From the NCBI GenBank assembly GCA_049320885.1, contig JBMORA010000063.1, forward strand, positions 96,001 through 160,000: a stretch of 64,000 bases of DNA, in the 5' to 3' direction. Position numbers and translations under genes: made by a program. How positions within the stretch are numbered: the stretch's first letter is position 1; each line of letters opens with the position of its first letter. The DNA is from Thermodesulfobacteriota bacterium. GTDB taxonomy: Bacteria; Desulfobacterota; Desulfobacteria; Desulfobacterales; SURF-7. The notes under the pieces were generated by a model. It was not told the DNA's origin, did not search any database, and saw only the letters and a list, made by a program, of their open reading frames with translations. Positions 46,777-56,441 of this stretch are shown here, piece after piece.

Positions 46777-46812
46777 TTCAAAAAATGCAGGCACCTGCCC
46801 CACTCCGGCCCG

Positions 46813-48240
46813 TCACCCGGCCGGCGAAAGGGACTTGACGATGTCACCGAGAAGGCGGATGCCGTTTTCCATTTCCGCGGTAAAGGGATGACCGCAGCTG
46901 ATACGGAGGCAGTTCCGGTATTTCCCGGTTCCGGAACAGATCAGGCCCGGGGCGACGAAAATCCGGTTTTCCTTGGCCAGTTCGAACACCTGCATTCCGT
47001 CAACGCCCGGCTCCATTTCCACCCACAGCACAAATCCGCCCCTGGGAGCGGTCAGCCGGGTTTGGGCGGGAAAATACCGGGCCACCGCCTGGGCCGTGTT
47101 GGCCATCTGGTGCTTCACGTTTTTTCGCAACTTGCGCAGATGCCGATCATAGGCGCCTTCCTTCAGAAAAGCGGCGATGATCAATTGGTTCAATTTGGAA
47201 GTGGTCATGGAGGAATTGATTTTCAGCCGTTTGACCTGGGGCATGAAGCGTCCCGGCAGGGTCCAGCCGATGCGCAGATCCGGGGCCAAAGTTTTGGAAA
47301 AGGAGGAGCAATGCAGCACCATGCCTTTCCGGTCGTGACTTTTCAAGGTCGCGGGCCGGGAATCGCCGAAATACAGATCGCCGTATATGTCGTCTTCGAT
47401 GATGGGGATGTTCCGGCGAGCCATCATGGCCACCAGTTCCTGCTTGGCCGCGTCGGGCATTTCAAAACCCAGCGGATTCTGAAAATTGGGATTGAGAATG
47501 CAGGCACTGACCCGGTTTTTCTTGATGGCCTGTCCCACGGAAGCCAAATCGATTCCGGTTTCCGGATCGGTGGGCGTCTCCAGGGCATACATATTCAGGT
47601 CCTCGATGAGTTGCAGGTAGCAGACAAACGTCGGCGACTCCACCAGGACCGTGTCTCCGGTTCTGGCAACGGCCCGCAGGCAAAGCTGGACCGCCTCCAT
47701 GCAGCCGCTGGTGATCAGGATGTCGTCCTCATGGGTTTCGGGATGGAATCCGACGGATCTTCTGCTGATCTGCCGCCGGAGCAGAGGACTGCCGGTGGGC
47801 GGGCCGTAACCGATGTCCGCATTTCGAATGTAGCGGCCGCAGACGGAACGTATGGTTTTGGCCAGGGCCTTGACGGGCATCAATTCCGCCGCCGCCACGG
47901 CGGTTCCCAGCGGCAGCAGGCCCGGGTCGGCGGCGGACTCCAGGATAAACTCCACCAGCGCGTTGACCGACACCTTCCTGGGACCTGCAGATGGTCTTTT
48001 CATCGTCGGCCGGGGCAGGATCGCGTCCATGCGGGGCCGGACATAAAAACCGGATTTATGGCGCGCCTCCACCATGCCGCGCTTTTCCAGCTCGATATAG
48101 GCGTGATAGACCGTGGAAAGACTCAGGCCCGTGTTGGCGTGCAAATCCCGGAGGGAAGGCAGTTTTTCCCCGGCCCGGAAGCCGCCGTTTTCGATTTTTC
48201 CCCCGATTTCATCCGCGAGACCGATGTACCGGAACGACAT
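46813..48240 (-). CDS. MocR/GabR-type GntR regulator (wHTH plus PLP aminotransferase domain)
   Basis: GEKLPSLR..STVYHAYIELE..G..SGFYV, IIEDDIY, SFSKTLAPDLRIGW. Confidence 0.92.
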   Translation of the reverse strand: MSFRYIGLADEIGGKIENGGFRAGEKLPSLRDLHANTGLSLSTVYHAYIELEKRGMVEARHKSGFYVRPRMDAILPRPTMKRPSAGPRKVSVNALVEFILESAADPGLLPLGTAVAAAELMPVKALAKTIRSVCGRYIRNADIGYGPPTGSPLLRRQISRRSVGFHPETHEDDILITSGCMEAVQLCLRAVARTGDTVLVESPTFVCYLQLIEDLNMYALETPTDPETGIDLASVGQAIKKNRVSACILNPNFQNPLGFEMPDAAKQELVAMMARRNIPIIEDDIYGDLYFGDSRPATLKSHDRKGMVLHCSSFSKTLAPDLRIGWTLPGRFMPQVKRLKINSSMTTSKLNQLIIAAFLKEGAYDRHLRKLRKNVKHQMANTAQAVARYFPAQTRLTAPRGGFVLWVEMEPGVDGMQVFELAKENRIFVAPGLICSGTGKYRNCLRISCGHPFTAEMENGIRLLGDIVKSLSPAG

Positions 48241-48252
48241 CTTGCCCCATCA

Positions 48253-48291
48253 TCTGTTATGATATTTTATGTCATTTTCTGTGTCTGTTAT
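48253..48291. promoter_or_regulatory. Candidate MocR operator (TCTGTTAT direct repeats)
   Basis: TCTGTTAT at 48253-48260 and 48284-48291, 31 bp apart, plus TCTGTG at 48278, in the divergent spacer. Confidence 0.55.
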
Positions 48292-48392
48292 TATTTATGC
48301 CGGCGGATACCATATTTCAACAATAAAATATCATTGACAGCGAAATGGATTTTGAGCGCATACCCATCCACAACCAGAGAGACGTAAGAACC

Positions 48393-49571
48393 ATGCGAAC
48401 CGAACAACTCCTTGCCCGTCGAACCCGGAACATGAATGTCAATTTCCTGCGGGAAATTCTGAAAACCGCCTCCCAACCCGGCATGATGTCCCTTGCCGGC
48501 GGAGTGCCGGCACCGGAAAGTTTTCCCCTGGAAATGATCATCGAGCTGTCCGCTTCCGTCCTGCGTAAATACGGGGCCGGCGCCTTGCAATACGGCCCTT
48601 CCGAAGGTTTTGGTCCGCTGCGGGAAGCCTTGTCCCGCCATCTGGAGCAAAACAGCATCCCCGCCGCACCGGACGACATCTTGATTTCCAGCGGTTCCCA
48701 GGGCGCCCTGGACGCGGTGGCCAAAATTCTGGTTTCCAGGGGGGACAGGGTGGCGATCGAATCCCCCACCTATCTGGGGGCATTGCATGCCTTCAATCCC
48801 TACGAACCGGAATATGTGCGGCTGGAAGCCGACGAGCACGGGCCGACACCGGAAGGCCTGCGGCGGATTCTAAAACAGGGGAAGATAAAATTTATCTACC
48901 TGGTTCCCACCTTCCAGAACCCCACGGGCAAGACCATCCCGCTTCACCGGCGACAGGAGATCGCCGAGGTGATCAAGACCGGCAACGCTCTGTTGATCGA
49001 GGACGATCCCTACAGCGCCCTGCGATACGAGGGTGATCCCATCCCGGCCATCCGGACCATGGCACCGGATCAAGTCATTTATCTGGGAACCCTCTCCAAA
49101 GTCCTGGCGCCCGGACTCCGGGTGGGATTCTGCCTGGCTCCGAACTGGGTGAAACGCTGGCTGGTGATCGCCAAACAGGGCATCGATCTGCACACCGGCT
49201 CATTGAGCCAGGCTCTGGCGGCGGAGTATCTTTCCGGAGGACATCTGGAGCGGCACCTGCCGAAAATCATCGCCCTTTACGCCCCGCGGCGGCAAGCCAT
49301 GCTGGAATCGCTGGAAGCCTGTTTCCCGAAAAACTATTCCTGGTCACGGCCCGATGGAGGGATGTTTGTGTGGGTCATGGGACCGAAAGAAATGGATATG
49401 GAACCGGTTTACGCGGAGGCATTGAAACGCGGGGTCGCCTTTGTTCCGGGACGATTTTTCCATATCGACGGAGGCGAGGGCCGGGAAACCATGCGGTTGA
49501 ACTTCACCATGTTCGGCGAACGGGAGATCCGCCGGGCGGTGAAAACCATCGCGGATATCCTGGCCGGATGA
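48393..49571 (+). CDS. Class I/II PLP-dependent aminotransferase (LysN/aromatic-aminoadipate type)
   Basis: SLAGGVP, LQYG, TFQNPTG, EDDPY, TLSKVLAPGLRVG, MRLNF. Confidence 0.92.
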   Translation: MRTEQLLARRTRNMNVNFLREILKTASQPGMMSLAGGVPAPESFPLEMIIELSASVLRKYGAGALQYGPSEGFGPLREALSRHLEQNSIPAAPDDILISSGSQGALDAVAKILVSRGDRVAIESPTYLGALHAFNPYEPEYVRLEADEHGPTPEGLRRILKQGKIKFIYLVPTFQNPTGKTIPLHRRQEIAEVIKTGNALLIEDDPYSALRYEGDPIPAIRTMAPDQVIYLGTLSKVLAPGLRVGFCLAPNWVKRWLVIAKQGIDLHTGSLSQALAAEYLSGGHLERHLPKIIALYAPRRQAMLESLEACFPKNYSWSRPDGGMFVWVMGPKEMDMEPVYAEALKRGVAFVPGRFFHIDGGEGRETMRLNFTMFGEREIRRAVKTIADILAG

Positions 49572-49574
49572 TCG

Positions 49575-51668
49575 TCAGATGCCTTCTTCCGGATCGGCGA
49601 CCACTTCCCAGGCATTCGGCGGATGCGGGAGAGCGGCCCGTTCCGCTGCGCGCGGAAGTTCGGCGGAGGAACTCGTTTCCTGCCGCCGCAGGGTGAAATG
49701 ACGCAGCAAAGCCTTGACCTGGGCGGCCTGGGAAGCCAGCTCCTCGGCGGCTGACGAGGTTTCCTCCGCATGGGCCGTGTTCTGCTGGGTCACGCCGTCG
49801 ATCTGGGACAGCCCCTGGTTGATCTGGGAAATCCCCTGGGCCTGCTCGTTGCTGGCGGAGGCGATTTCGCCCACCAGTTGGGCCACCCGGGAGACATCGG
49901 CATGGATCTGGGACAAGGTCTGGGATGTGGTGGCGACAACGGCATCCCCGTCGGCGATGCGCTTCACGGTTTTCTCGATGAGTTGGGAAGTCTCTTCCGC
50001 CGCCTTGGCGCTTCGGCCTGCCAGGCTGCGGACCTCCTGGGCGACGACGGCAAATCCCTTGCCGTGTTTTCCGGCCCGGGCCGCCTCCACCGCCGCATTG
50101 AGAGCCAGCAGGTTGGTCTGAAACGCAATTCCTTCAATGGCGCCGATGATCTTGCGGATCTCCTTGCTGGATTCGGTAATGGCGGTCATGGCCTCCGTGA
50201 CGGATTGCATCTGCCGGACTCCTTCCTGGGCCGCCTGACTCGCCTTGACGGTCAAGGTCTCCGCCTGGCCGGCGCTGGCGGCGTTAACCGTTGTCTGGGA
50301 GCCGATCTCCGACATGGAGCTGGTGATCTCCTCCAGGGAAGAAGCCTGCTCGGTGGCGCCCTGGGAAAGGGACTGGCTGGAATCCGACACCTGGGCGGAA
50401 CCCGCGGTCACCTGATTCACGGCGCCGGCGATCCGGGACAACACCCGGTTCAGGTTGTTGTTCATGGCCTGCAAGGATTTACCTAGACTGTCCTCTTCCG
50501 AACTGAGTTGGATCTCGTGGGTCAAATCGCCGTTGGCGATGTTTTCGGCCAGCCGTCCCTTGGCCTCCAGGCTGTCGGCCATGGCATCCAGCATGTCGGA
50601 GAGACGCCCGATCTCGTCGCTGCGGCCCAGTTTCAACCGCCGGGACAGATCTCCCCGGCGGATGGCCTCGGCCAGTTCGATGGTGCGGGCAATCGGTCCG
50701 GCCAGCGAATGATAGATCAGGAAACCGATGCCTCCCAGCAGTGCAACCACCAGCGCCACGGAAACGATAATGATCAACTTGCTGATCCGTGCCGCTTTCC
50801 TGCCTTCGGTCTTTCCCAGTTCGACGATCTGATTGGCGACGGTTTTGGCTTTCTCCCCCGAGTCAACAATGCGGGCTATGGCCGCCTGGTTTTTCTGCCA
50901 TAACCCGGTAATCGTTTGCTCAACGGCTTCGATCTCCTTCATATGATCGGCCGCTTTCCTCCAGTTGTCGCTGAAGGCTTCGACCTTGACGGCTTGAATG
51001 ACAATCTCCGCGTTTTTGATTTCCACGTCGATTTTTTTCTTCAGGTCTTCCCGCACGGACTGATAGCGGCCCAGGTCGCCCGCCAGAAAAAGGTTTTCGG
51101 TAAGGTTGAGCATGACCTCGTTGCGGATGCCTAACAACTGCCTGGCCTGCTTGCGGACGGCATCCTTCTCCGGCGGAATGACATCGCCGTTCAGGGAAAG
51201 TTCCGCCTCCTCGTCTTCTATCTTCTTGATCGTATCCTTCAAACGGGCGTCGAATTGCTGCAAGATGGCGCCAATTCTTTCCCGGGCCGCATTCATGTCC
51301 GTTGTGTCGGTGACGATGGCGTCGAAGAGCGGCGCGCTGTCCGATTCCGTCTGTTTCATCGCTTCGCACAACTCCCGTACCTTGGCATCTTCCGTAACCG
51401 CGACGGTTCTGTCGATGATGTCCCGGAAACGTTTTCGTTGCAGCCTGGATTCCTCGATCCGTTTGGTCTCCGGGGAGCGGATATAGCGTTCCTCGGTTCG
51501 GATGATGTCGGCGATCACGCCGGCCGCTTCGAGGCTGAGCAGGCCGATTTCATTGACCCGCTGGATGAAGCCTTGCGCATACTGCCCGATGCCGCCGATG
51601 ACCAGCATGCCGAAAATCCCGATGACGGAAAGAAAGACGATTTTCGCTTTGACGGAATGAAGGTTCAT
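49575..51668 (-). CDS. Methyl-accepting chemotaxis protein (large helical periplasmic domain, HAMP)
   Basis: Two TM segments, [34 protein letters not shown]. Confidence 0.93.
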   Translation of the reverse strand: MNLHSVKAKIVFLSVIGIFGMLVIGGIGQYAQGFIQRVNEIGLLSLEAAGVIADIIRTEERYIRSPETKRIEESRLQRKRFRDIIDRTVAVTEDAKVRELCEAMKQTESDSAPLFDAIVTDTTDMNAARERIGAILQQFDARLKDTIKKIEDEEAELSLNGDVIPPEKDAVRKQARQLLGIRNEVMLNLTENLFLAGDLGRYQSVREDLKKKIDVEIKNAEIVIQAVKVEAFSDNWRKAADHMKEIEAVEQTITGLWQKNQAAIARIVDSGEKAKTVANQIVELGKTEGRKAARISKLIIIVSVALVVALLGGIGFLIYHSLAGPIARTIELAEAIRRGDLSRRLKLGRSDEIGRLSDMLDAMADSLEAKGRLAENIANGDLTHEIQLSSEEDSLGKSLQAMNNNLNRVLSRIAGAVNQVTAGSAQVSDSSQSLSQGATEQASSLEEITSSMSEIGSQTTVNAASAGQAETLTVKASQAAQEGVRQMQSVTEAMTAITESSKEIRKIIGAIEGIAFQTNLLALNAAVEAARAGKHGKGFAVVAQEVRSLAGRSAKAAEETSQLIEKTVKRIADGDAVVATTSQTLSQIHADVSRVAQLVGEIASASNEQAQGISQINQGLSQIDGVTQQNTAHAEETSSAAEELASQAAQVKALLRHFTLRRQETSSSAELPRAAERAALPHPPNAWEVVADPEEGI

Positions 51669-51705
51669 GTTACCGATTCCATTTTCATGTAGATGGGGAG
51701 AGCGA

Positions 51706-51746
51706 CCGTCAACTGATCGGCGTAAAACGCCGGCATCAGTTGACGG
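51706..51746. other. Long intergenic stem-loop between the Cache gene and the MCP gene
   Basis: CCGTCAACTGAT-CGGCG-TAAAA-CGCCG-GC-ATCAGTTGACGG (17-bp stem, 2-nt bulge); no U-tract on the transcribed strand. Confidence 0.65.
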
Positions 51747-51810
51747 CGGTGATGGGGATTATTAACCGCCACCTGTCTGGTGGTGGCTCCAATGCGGGTC
51801 CGACCGGTGG

Positions 51811-52272
51811 TTATAGATAAACACCCGCCGCCATCAGCACGTTGGTGCCGGGGACCCGGTAGATATACGTGGATTTGGGCACCGGTTCATTGGAGCCGGG
51901 TTTGGGCCACAGATAATCCACCCAGCCCTCGCCTTTATCCCTGGCCGTATTGATGAAATCCGCGAAAAAAAGCTTGCCGTTCTTGTCCTTGATGTTGAAA
52001 AGATTCTTGCCGATAAGCTGGGGCCTTTCCGGATGGGCGATATTGGCCTGTTTGTCCATATCGATGCAGAAGACATAACTGTCCTTCCAGACGAACGGCC
52101 CCTTCATGTCGTTGATCACTTTCAGGGTTTCCTCCAGACCTTTTTCCTGGGCCATTTTGGCTGCCTCCTTGCATTTGGCCACCGCCTCTTCCTTTGTGGC
52201 CGAATCCTGGGCGAAAGCAAGGGCCGTGACACACATCAGCATGGTTGCCATCAACACTACCATCTTTTTCAT
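51811..52272 (-). CDS. Stand-alone periplasmic single Cache (sCache_2-like) protein
   Basis: Signal peptide AFA, YVFCID..AHP..LIGKN..KD.NGK..GWVDYLWPKP..K..Y..AGVY. Confidence 0.88.
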   Translation of the reverse strand: MKKMVVLMATMLMCVTALAFAQDSATKEEAVAKCKEAAKMAQEKGLEETLKVINDMKGPFVWKDSYVFCIDMDKQANIAHPERPQLIGKNLFNIKDKNGKLFFADFINTARDKGEGWVDYLWPKPGSNEPVPKSTYIYRVPGTNVLMAAGVYL

Positions 52273-52683
52273 GAAAAACCTCCTTGAAATGTTGCTTCGG
52301 GTTACGGGAATTGCGGCGGTCATCCGCCGAACCGTTTTCATCACTCATTCCGCCCGCGGCCGCCCATCCCGGGGCGCCGGTGTCGGAAATCATGGGCTGT
52401 TCCATACGAAGTTTCCATCTTCATTGTTACATGCTGATTTTTCAGAAAAACAGAGAGTATAAACGGGACAAGGTTGCATTCAGAAAGTTTTGAATTTATA
52501 GTATAAATAAATGTTTTTCACCTTTCTGTCAACTTATAATTGATGGAATCGTAACAAGCCCCTGCTCCGTTGCTCCCGTGAAAGCGGAAGCCCATACTTG
52601 ACATATCGGCTGCTGCTTACTAATTACGTAAACAGGATTGTACCCCATAGACCGGAACAGCTTAACAAAGGAAACACCAGAAA

Positions 52684-53388
52684 ATGGAAACACCCATCGA
52701 CCCCGCAACCCTTTCCCCCACTGCCGTCATCGACAGCGATAACGAAACCATCATCGCCTTTGCCGCCGAAACCATCCGCAATCCGGGGGCGGACGACATC
52801 GAAAAAGCCGTGGCTCTGTTTTATGCGGTGCGGGACGGGATTTACTATGACCCGTATTATCCGTTTTACCTTCCCGAACATTACCGGGCCAGCAACGTGC
52901 TGAAAAGCGGCAAAGGCTACTGCGTCAGCAAGGCGGTGCTGCTGTGCGCCCTCGGACGGGCCGCCGGCATCCCGTCCAGGCTCGGGTTCGCCACCGTCAC
53001 CAACCATCTCGCCACCAAACAGCTTGTGGAAACCCTGGGGTCGAATATTTTCGTCTACCACGGGTTCACCGAATTGCATCTGGACGGCAAATGGGTCAAG
53101 GCCACGCCGACCTTCAACATCGAACTCTGCCATCGTCACAACGTGGCGCCCCTGGATTTCAACGGCCGGGAGGATTCCATTTTTCATGCCTATGACCGCA
53201 GCCACAAACGCTTCATGGAATATCTGGAATTTCACGGTTCCTATGCGGATCTGCCCCTGGAGCAGATTCTATCCGCCTGGAAAAAGGTGTACGGCGAAGA
53301 CCGCGTCAACCTGTGGATTCAGATGTTTGAAAATGCCAAACCGGGCACTGAGCGCAATTTCATGGAAGAAGATGTCCACCAATCGTAA
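52684..53388 (+). CDS. Transglutaminase-like domain protein
   Basis: VRDGIYY, GYCVSKAVLL.AL.RA.GIP.R, HG..E..LDGKWVKAT. Confidence 0.88.
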   Translation: METPIDPATLSPTAVIDSDNETIIAFAAETIRNPGADDIEKAVALFYAVRDGIYYDPYYPFYLPEHYRASNVLKSGKGYCVSKAVLLCALGRAAGIPSRLGFATVTNHLATKQLVETLGSNIFVYHGFTELHLDGKWVKATPTFNIELCHRHNVAPLDFNGREDSIFHAYDRSHKRFMEYLEFHGSYADLPLEQILSAWKKVYGEDRVNLWIQMFENAKPGTERNFMEEDVHQS

Positions 53389-53405
53389 CAGCCGCCGCGG
53401 AACCT

Positions 53406-56400
53406 TCACGTTGATTTGTCGAGCACGCTTCGAACCACATGCGCCATCGTCTGTTGCCGGACAGGTTTCATGATCATTGCGGCAGCTCCGGCTTTCAGGG
53501 GTTTTTCCGGTGCAATCCGTTCACTGAACCCGGTACATAATATCACCGGCAGTCCGGGCCGGATTCTCCGGATCTGTTCCGCCAGTTCATCACCGGTCAT
53601 GTACGGCATGGTGACATCGGAAATCACCAGATCGAATTGCCCGGCCCTGGCGCGGATCGCTTCCAGGGCCTCGGCGCTGCCGTTGCAGGAAGACACCTGA
53701 TATCCCAGATCCTCCAGCATTTCCCGCAACATTTCGACGATCATGGGCTCGTCGTCCACGATCAGGACATGCTCCGTCCCGGTGGGCAGCGGAAGGACCG
53801 CGCCCTCGGTTTCAAGACCTTTTTCCTTGCCGAACACGGGAAAATAAATCGTGAAAACCGTCCCCTTTCCGGGTTCGCTTTCCACGAGAAGACTGCCGCC
53901 GTGTTCCTTGACGATCCCGTGAACCAGGGACAATCCCAGCCCTGTGCCCTTGCCTTCCGGTTTGGTGGTGAAAAACGGATCGAAAATTTTGCCGATAATG
54001 TCGGCTGAAATGCCGCATCCCGAGTCCTGCACCGTCAGCCGGGCGTAACGACCGGGCGCCGTATCGATCAGTTCCCGGGCGACCTCGGGGCCGAGTTCCA
54101 CTTCCTTCAGGGACACCTCCAGCCGTCCGCCGGCTTCCTCCATGGCATGATAGGCGTTGGTGCACAGATTCATGATAATCTGATGAATCTGGGTCGGATT
54201 CCCCAACACGGGCCTGCAATCGGTATCGATGTCCTGGACGATCTCGATGGTCGTTGGTATCGATGCCCGTAGCAATTTCATGCCCTCCTTGATAACCGGA
54301 TGCAGGAGCATGGGTTTCATTTCATGCTCGCTCCGGCGACTGAAGGTCAGAATCTGTTGAACCAGTTCCCCCGCTCTCCCGGCGGCGGCCAGCACCCGCT
54401 CCAGATAATTCCGCGGCCGGCTGTCCCCTTCCGGCAAGTGCCGCATGGCCACTTCGGTATACCCGATGATGGGATACAAGATATTGTTGAAATCATGGGC
54501 GATGCCGCCCGCCAGGGTGCCGATGGATTCCATCCGCTGGGCTTGCAGGAGCTGTTTCTCCATCCTTTTGCTTTCAGTGACATCCCGCGCGAAACAGAGA
54601 ACCGCCTTGTATTCCTCCCAGGAGATGAGGACGGCGTTCATCTGCACCCAGATGACGTCCTTGCTCGGATTGACGATGCGAAATGTCCATGGGCTGGCAA
54701 TCCCTTCCCCCCGGGAGCATTTTGCCAGATGTTCCAAGACCGCCGGTGCATCGTCGGGATGGAGGAGTTCGAGCAAGGAAGTCCGCGACAACGCTTCGGC
54801 GGTGAATCCCAGTAGTTCGAGGGTTCTGGGGTTGCCGAACAGAAAGTGACCGTTCTGCAAAAGGAAGATGGCGTCCTGGGCGTTTTCCACCAGCAGACGA
54901 TATTTTTCTTCGGAACGTTTCAGGGTTTCCATGGCCCGTTTCCGATCGGTGATATCAGGAAAAACCACCACGCCGGCGGCGATTCCCCCGCTCTCATCCC
55001 TCACCGGCGCTGCATTCCCCAGCACCCACCGTTCCTCCCCATCCCTGCGCTTGATGACGATTTCCGCATTTTGAATGATCTTGCCTTCCTTGACGGCCTG
55101 AAGCAGCGGCAGTTCGTCATGGGTCATCAGACGCCCATCGGGATGAAACCCTTCCCATTGATCCGGATGCAGATCACCCAGGATCTCAACCGCCGCCTTG
55201 TTGGCAATACGCAGTTTCAAATTCGGTGCATCCACGATGATAATACCGGCGGGTGTTTGCTCCACGGCGGCTGTCAACAGGGCCTGGGCCCTTCCCAACT
55301 CCTCCTCGGCTTGCCTTCTTTTGGCGACATCCTCTACCAGATCCTGGTTCACCTTTTCCAGTTCCATGGTTTTCGTCTGCAGTTTCGCCAGCATCTGGTT
55401 GAACGTATCCGCCAGGATGCCGATCTCATCCATCCGTCGCAGGTTCAACCGGGCGGAAAGATCGCCGCTGGTTCCGATCGCCTGGACGTGCTGAATGAGT
55501 TTCATGATGGGATCGAGCAGAATCCGCCGGGTCAGGAACAGGACGATCATCAGCATGAAAAAAGCGGCCGCTGCGATGGAGGATACGGCGTATCGGACGG
55601 TGATGTCCCCCTGTCTTGATATTTTCCTCGGGATGGTGGCCTGCAACAACAGGGCTGTTTTTTGATCTATGTCCGGAAACGTGCCATAAATATTCAAGTG
55701 ATCCTTATCCGCATTCCGGATGATATGCCGGCTGCCGGACTCCATCAGCTGGAGGACCTCGCGCTTCTCGCCCGTAAATTCCTCCAGTCCAATGGGGAAG
55801 ATGTCAAAGTCAACCTGGGCCTGCGCCATCAGGGCTGAAACCAGCTCACGGCCCAGGAACCGGCACATGATGACGGCCCCCCGGACAGGGCCTTCATTTT
55901 TACTGGTGATAATCGGCCGGGAAGCCACCAATAACGGCCCCCGTTGCGTCATCATCACGCCGATCACCGATTTTTCCGTCAGCGGTTTCCGTATCGATTC
56001 CCAGGCGACCAGCGGATGATCCGGGGGTAACTGATCCGGCAGGATATCCTGCCGCGTTATCTGTTCCCCGGTATCCGGATGAACCATATTCCCCCAAACC
56101 AGGGCGCCACCTTCGTTGTAAAAACAGATGAGGTTCAGCTTGTTGGTAACGAAGGTTTCAACGGGCAGGTTGGTTTCAATATACGCAGGCGTCATGGATC
56201 GAACGAATTCGATGGTGTCGTCCCAGGCGGACCAGTCATGACACAAGGAGTCCAGGTGGTAGACCTCCCGCCTCAGGGATTGAAGACAGCGGTTGAGATC
56301 CCGCACCGCCTCCTGGTGTTCCAGCGCCAGGAAACTGGGATAGACAATGAAGCGTTGGACAGCGTAATCCGCCGTTCCATAGAGGATGAACAACCCCAGG

Positions 56401-56441
56401 AATATGGCCGGGAGCTTGGTTTTTATGGAGTTCAAGTTCAC
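53406..56441 (-). CDS. Hybrid sensor kinase (CHASE4, HAMP, 2x PAS, HisKA, HATPase, REC)
   Basis: CHASE4 motif DWSAWDDT, HAMP, GGIAHDFNNIL, NLCTNA, REC SDVTMP. GTG start overlaps the glgP stop (GTGA). Confidence 0.9.
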   Translation of the reverse strand: MNLNSIKTKLPAIFLGLFILYGTADYAVQRFIVYPSFLALEHQEAVRDLNRCLQSLRREVYHLDSLCHDWSAWDDTIEFVRSMTPAYIETNLPVETFVTNKLNLICFYNEGGALVWGNMVHPDTGEQITRQDILPDQLPPDHPLVAWESIRKPLTEKSVIGVMMTQRGPLLVASRPIITSKNEGPVRGAVIMCRFLGRELVSALMAQAQVDFDIFPIGLEEFTGEKREVLQLMESGSRHIIRNADKDHLNIYGTFPDIDQKTALLLQATIPRKISRQGDITVRYAVSSIAAAAFFMLMIVLFLTRRILLDPIMKLIQHVQAIGTSGDLSARLNLRRMDEIGILADTFNQMLAKLQTKTMELEKVNQDLVEDVAKRRQAEEELGRAQALLTAAVEQTPAGIIIVDAPNLKLRIANKAAVEILGDLHPDQWEGFHPDGRLMTHDELPLLQAVKEGKIIQNAEIVIKRRDGEERWVLGNAAPVRDESGGIAAGVVVFPDITDRKRAMETLKRSEEKYRLLVENAQDAIFLLQNGHFLFGNPRTLELLGFTAEALSRTSLLELLHPDDAPAVLEHLAKCSRGEGIASPWTFRIVNPSKDVIWVQMNAVLISWEEYKAVLCFARDVTESKRMEKQLLQAQRMESIGTLAGGIAHDFNNILYPIIGYTEVAMRHLPEGDSRPRNYLERVLAAAGRAGELVQQILTFSRRSEHEMKPMLLHPVIKEGMKLLRASIPTTIEIVQDIDTDCRPVLGNPTQIHQIIMNLCTNAYHAMEEAGGRLEVSLKEVELGPEVARELIDTAPGRYARLTVQDSGCGISADIIGKIFDPFFTTKPEGKGTGLGLSLVHGIVKEHGGSLLVESEPGKGTVFTIYFPVFGKEKGLETEGAVLPLPTGTEHVLIVDDEPMIVEMLREMLEDLGYQVSSCNGSAEALEAIRARAGQFDLVISDVTMPYMTGDELAEQIRRIRPGLPVILCTGFSERIAPEKPLKAGAAAMIMKPVRQQTMAHVVRSVLDKST

